From an uncultured Prevotellaceae bacterium (GTDB taxonomy: Bacteria > Bacteroidota > Bacteroidia > Bacteroidales > Bacteroidaceae), in the NCBI GenBank assembly GCA_900315455.1, contig OMZE01000007.1:46447-110446 (forward strand): a stretch of DNA of 64,000 nt, written 5' to 3'. Position numbers and translations under genes: made by a program. Below, in pieces: positions 61,062 through 64,000 of the stretch (its first letter is position 1; each line of letters starts with the position of its first letter). The notes under the pieces are model-generated. The model was not told where the DNA came from. It was given only the letters and a program-made list of their open reading frames with translations, and searched no databases.

Positions 61062-61173
61062 TTTGCTTGTTTTTGTCATATTGAGGGGCAAAGTTAGTGA
61101 AAAATCCTATTATTTTTCCTTGTTTCAAATAAAAAATGTATATTTGCATGATTAAACGAATAATTGATTTTTT

Positions 61174-62700
61174 ATGCTTTCATTTTTATTAAGCCTTGTC
61201 GCATTGATTCTGGGTTACCTCATCTACGGCAAGTTCGTGGAGCGGGTGGTAGCACCCGACGACAGGCCTACGCCTGCCGTGGCGATGGCAGACGGTGTGG
61301 ATTATATCGTACTGCCCACCTGGAAGGTGTTCATGATACAGTTTCTCAACATTGCTGGCACAGGCCCCATCTTTGGTGCCATCATGGGAGCATGGTATGG
61401 TCCGAAGGCGTATCTCTGGATAGTGTTGGGATGTATTTTCGCCGGTGCCATGCACGACTTCTTCAGTGGCATGCTCTCGATAAGGAACGGCGGTGCCAAC
61501 TTGCCCGAACTCATCGGCAAGTATTTGGGCAAGGCAACGAAGGGGGTGATGCTGGTATTCTCGGTATTTCTCCTCGTGATGGTAGGCGTGGTGTTCGTTT
61601 ATAGTCCCGCACTGCTCCTGAAGAGCCTTGTGCCTTCTGTGGGCCTCATCACATGGGTTATCGTGATTTTCCTGTATTATATCCTGGCTACGATGTTGCC
61701 CATCGACAAGATTATCGGTAGGTTCTATCCCATCTTCGCCTTCTCACTCTTGTTCATGGCGGCATCGATATTGTTGATTCTCTTCATCAAATGGCCGGCA
61801 ATACCGGAGTTGTGGAGTGACCTGTCTGCAGCCAATCTCAACGACCCGCAGTCGTTGCTGGGTACGGAGTCGTTCATAGCGAAAAATCCCATCTTCCCAT
61901 GCCTCTTCCTCACCATTGCCTGTGGCGCAATCAGTGGCTTCCATGCCACGCAGAGTCCACTTATGGCTCGCTGCCTGAAAGACGAGCGCCTTGCCCGTCC
62001 GGTGTTCTACGGCTCGATGATTACCGAGGGACTCGTGGCACTGATTTGGGCTTCTGCTTCTGCCTACTTCTTCTACTATGGCGGATGGCGCGAAGTGGTG
62101 CCTGCCGATGTCATTGCCCAGTTCAACGACCAGTTGAAGGGGGAGGGTTCGAAGACCCTCATTCAGTTCTTCACGGCTCCCAATGTCGTTCAATATGTTT
62201 GTGCAGGATGGCTTGGCCTTTTCGGTGGTGTACTCGCCGTCCTTGGCGTGGTGGCAGCCCCCATTACCAGTGGTGATACGGCATTCCGCAGCGCCAGACT
62301 CATCATCGCTTCGGCTTTGAATGTGAACCAGCGTACCATCGTCAAGCGTCTTTACATCGCGCTCCCCATGTTCGCTGCTTCCATTCTCCTACTGATATGG
62401 CAGATGGAGAACCCCGATGGCTTCAACACCATTTGGCAGTACTTCGGATGGGGCAACCAGACTCTCTCTGTATTCACGTTGTGGGCCATTACCGTGTATC
62501 TCGTCCGCGAGAAGAAACCCTATATCATCTCGCTCATCCCGGCGCTGTTCATGACTTCGGTGTGCTCCACGTTCATTTTTGTCAGTCCGCAAGCCATGTA
62601 CCTGAATCCTTCCATAGGCTATCCTCTCGGCGCACTCTGCACCGTCATAGCGTTGATTTGGTTCTGTGTGTGGTATAGAAAAGAAAGAAACATTCAATAA
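61174..62700 (+). CDS. cstA: Carbon starvation protein A family transporter
   Basis: DGVDY, IAGTGPIFG, IACGAISGFHATQS, ITSGDTAFR. Confidence 0.92.
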   Translation: MLSFLLSLVALILGYLIYGKFVERVVAPDDRPTPAVAMADGVDYIVLPTWKVFMIQFLNIAGTGPIFGAIMGAWYGPKAYLWIVLGCIFAGAMHDFFSGMLSIRNGGANLPELIGKYLGKATKGVMLVFSVFLLVMVGVVFVYSPALLLKSLVPSVGLITWVIVIFLYYILATMLPIDKIIGRFYPIFAFSLLFMAASILLILFIKWPAIPELWSDLSAANLNDPQSLLGTESFIAKNPIFPCLFLTIACGAISGFHATQSPLMARCLKDERLARPVFYGSMITEGLVALIWASASAYFFYYGGWREVVPADVIAQFNDQLKGEGSKTLIQFFTAPNVVQYVCAGWLGLFGGVLAVLGVVAAPITSGDTAFRSARLIIASALNVNQRTIVKRLYIALPMFAASILLLIWQMENPDGFNTIWQYFGWGNQTLSVFTLWAITVYLVREKKPYIISLIPALFMTSVCSTFIFVSPQAMYLNPSIGYPLGALCTVIALIWFCVWYRKERNIQ

Positions 62701-62713
62701 ACTACAAATCATT

Positions 62714-63208
62714 ATGAGAAAGAAATTATCATTGCTGTTGCTCACGCTCATGGTGGCACTCTCGGCCAGTGCTCAGTTCGAACAAGGTAAGAAATACATC
62801 AGTGCCTCGTTCTCCGGACTCGATATGGGGTATAACGGCTCCTCTGAGTTCAATGTGGGGCTTCAGGCCAAAGGTGGCTATTTCCTTGCCGATAACCTTG
62901 CCGTAGTAGGCTTGATTGGCTATAACCATGTTGGTGGCGACGACGAGACGCCCGACCGTGTGTCGTTGGGAGTGCAGGGCCGTTACTACATCATCCAGAA
63001 TGGTATATATCTTGGTGCAGGTGCTACCTACAAGCATGCCAACCACAACTATAATGATATCATGCCTGGTGTGGAGATAGGCTATGCTTTCTTCATCAAC
63101 CGCCATGTCACCATAGAGCCAGCCCTCTATTATGAGCAGTCGTTCAAGGACCACAGCAAGTACTCCAATGTGGGCTTGAGGCTCGGCCTGGGCATTTACC
63201 TCTTCTGA
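62714..63208 (+). CDS. Small outer membrane beta-barrel protein
   Basis: Signal peptide ending ASA, alternating beta pattern, terminal GLGIYLF. Confidence 0.85.
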   Translation: MRKKLSLLLLTLMVALSASAQFEQGKKYISASFSGLDMGYNGSSEFNVGLQAKGGYFLADNLAVVGLIGYNHVGGDDETPDRVSLGVQGRYYIIQNGIYLGAGATYKHANHNYNDIMPGVEIGYAFFINRHVTIEPALYYEQSFKDHSKYSNVGLRLGLGIYLF

Positions 63209-63221
63209 CAGGTAACCTCAC

Positions 63222-63833
63222 ATGTATCAACAACTTCCCTCCTCGTTGCTTGAGAAAGCGGTGGGTGAGTTCTCCAAACTTCCCGGCATCGGGCGCAAGA
63301 CGGCTTTGCGCTTGATGCTGCACCTGTTGCGGCAACCTGTCGATGATGTGTCGACGCTTGCCGAGGCCGTGGCGAGGATGCGTCGTGAGGTGAGGTACTG
63401 TAAGGTGTGCCACAACATCAGCGACACAGAGGTCTGCCCCATCTGCTCCGACCAGCGTCGTGACAGGCAGTTGGTGTGCGTGGTGGAGAACGTGCAGGAT
63501 GTGATGGCAGTGGAGAACACTCAACAGTATCATGGTCTTTATCATGTGTTGGGCGGCGTCATCTCTCCTGTCGACGGCATCGGCCCTTCCGATCTTGAAA
63601 TCGGCTCCCTCGTGGAACGGGTGTCGCAGGGCGAGGTGAAAGAGGTGATTCTCGCCTTGGGAAGTACGATGGAGGGCGACACCACCAACTTCTATATCTC
63701 GCGCAAGTTGGCTCCCTACGACGTGGCTCTCTCTGTCCTCGCAAGGGGCATCTCTGTGGGCGATGAGTTGGAGTACACCGATGAGGTGACGTTGGGCAGG
63801 TCGATTGTCAACCGCACCCCTTTCAACAAGTAA
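63222..63833 (+). CDS. recR: Recombination mediator RecR
   Basis: [29 protein letters not shown], Toprim EGDTT. Confidence 0.97.
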   Translation: MYQQLPSSLLEKAVGEFSKLPGIGRKTALRLMLHLLRQPVDDVSTLAEAVARMRREVRYCKVCHNISDTEVCPICSDQRRDRQLVCVVENVQDVMAVENTQQYHGLYHVLGGVISPVDGIGPSDLEIGSLVERVSQGEVKEVILALGSTMEGDTTNFYISRKLAPYDVALSVLARGISVGDELEYTDEVTLGRSIVNRTPFNK

Positions 63834-63963
63834 TCTACCTTACACTCGTCAATAATAACTGTTTTGTTTTTCGCATAGTTCATCAGCAAGGCTGTAGCAA
63901 GTAAGGCAAAGATGAGGCCTGAGGATGGTTTAACTCCTCTTTATCTTCCCGTCATATTCCCCT

Positions 63964-63990
63964 TAACTCCTGATAGTTGGGCGAATGCGA
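63964..63990 (+). repeat. Dispersed 27-bp intergenic motif, copy 3
   Basis: TAACTCCTGATAGTTGGGCGAATGCGA. Confidence 0.75.
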
Positions 63991-64000
63991 ATCTTAAATA

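Overview
Core-chromosome window from a Bacteroidales bacterium, most likely Prevotella/Segatella-like (inferred from gene content, synteny and TAnnTTTG promoters). In order: leucine genes (leuD, cimA-like, leuB), nudC, kdgK-eda, a DUF5113/DUF5932-type two-component pair, rpmB-rpmG-DUF4295, ftsY-rimO-HU-like gene, a MacAB-TolC-type efflux operon, GH3 xylosidase, Na+-pumping decarboxylase subunits divergent from methylmalonyl-CoA mutase, clpC, ispE, a four-gene arginine catabolic operon (rocD-ctlX-pruA-arcA), an lptC/hemolysin/PpiD block, dnaN with an exonuclease, cstA and recR. I saw no rRNA, tRNA, CRISPR array, transposase or prophage. Most notable: (1) a self-contained Arg->citrulline->ornithine->Glu operon with no OTC or carbamate kinase; (2) an unexplained 27-bp intergenic motif in three same-strand copies; (3) two promoters with identically spaced 21-bp-period direct repeats; (4) an internally duplicated histidine kinase with apparently split functions; (5) an orphan structured transcription unit; (6) three gene lesions (rpmG, tolC, exonuclease) that may be real or assembly artefacts. 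All calls come from reading motifs by eye; no searches or folding were run.
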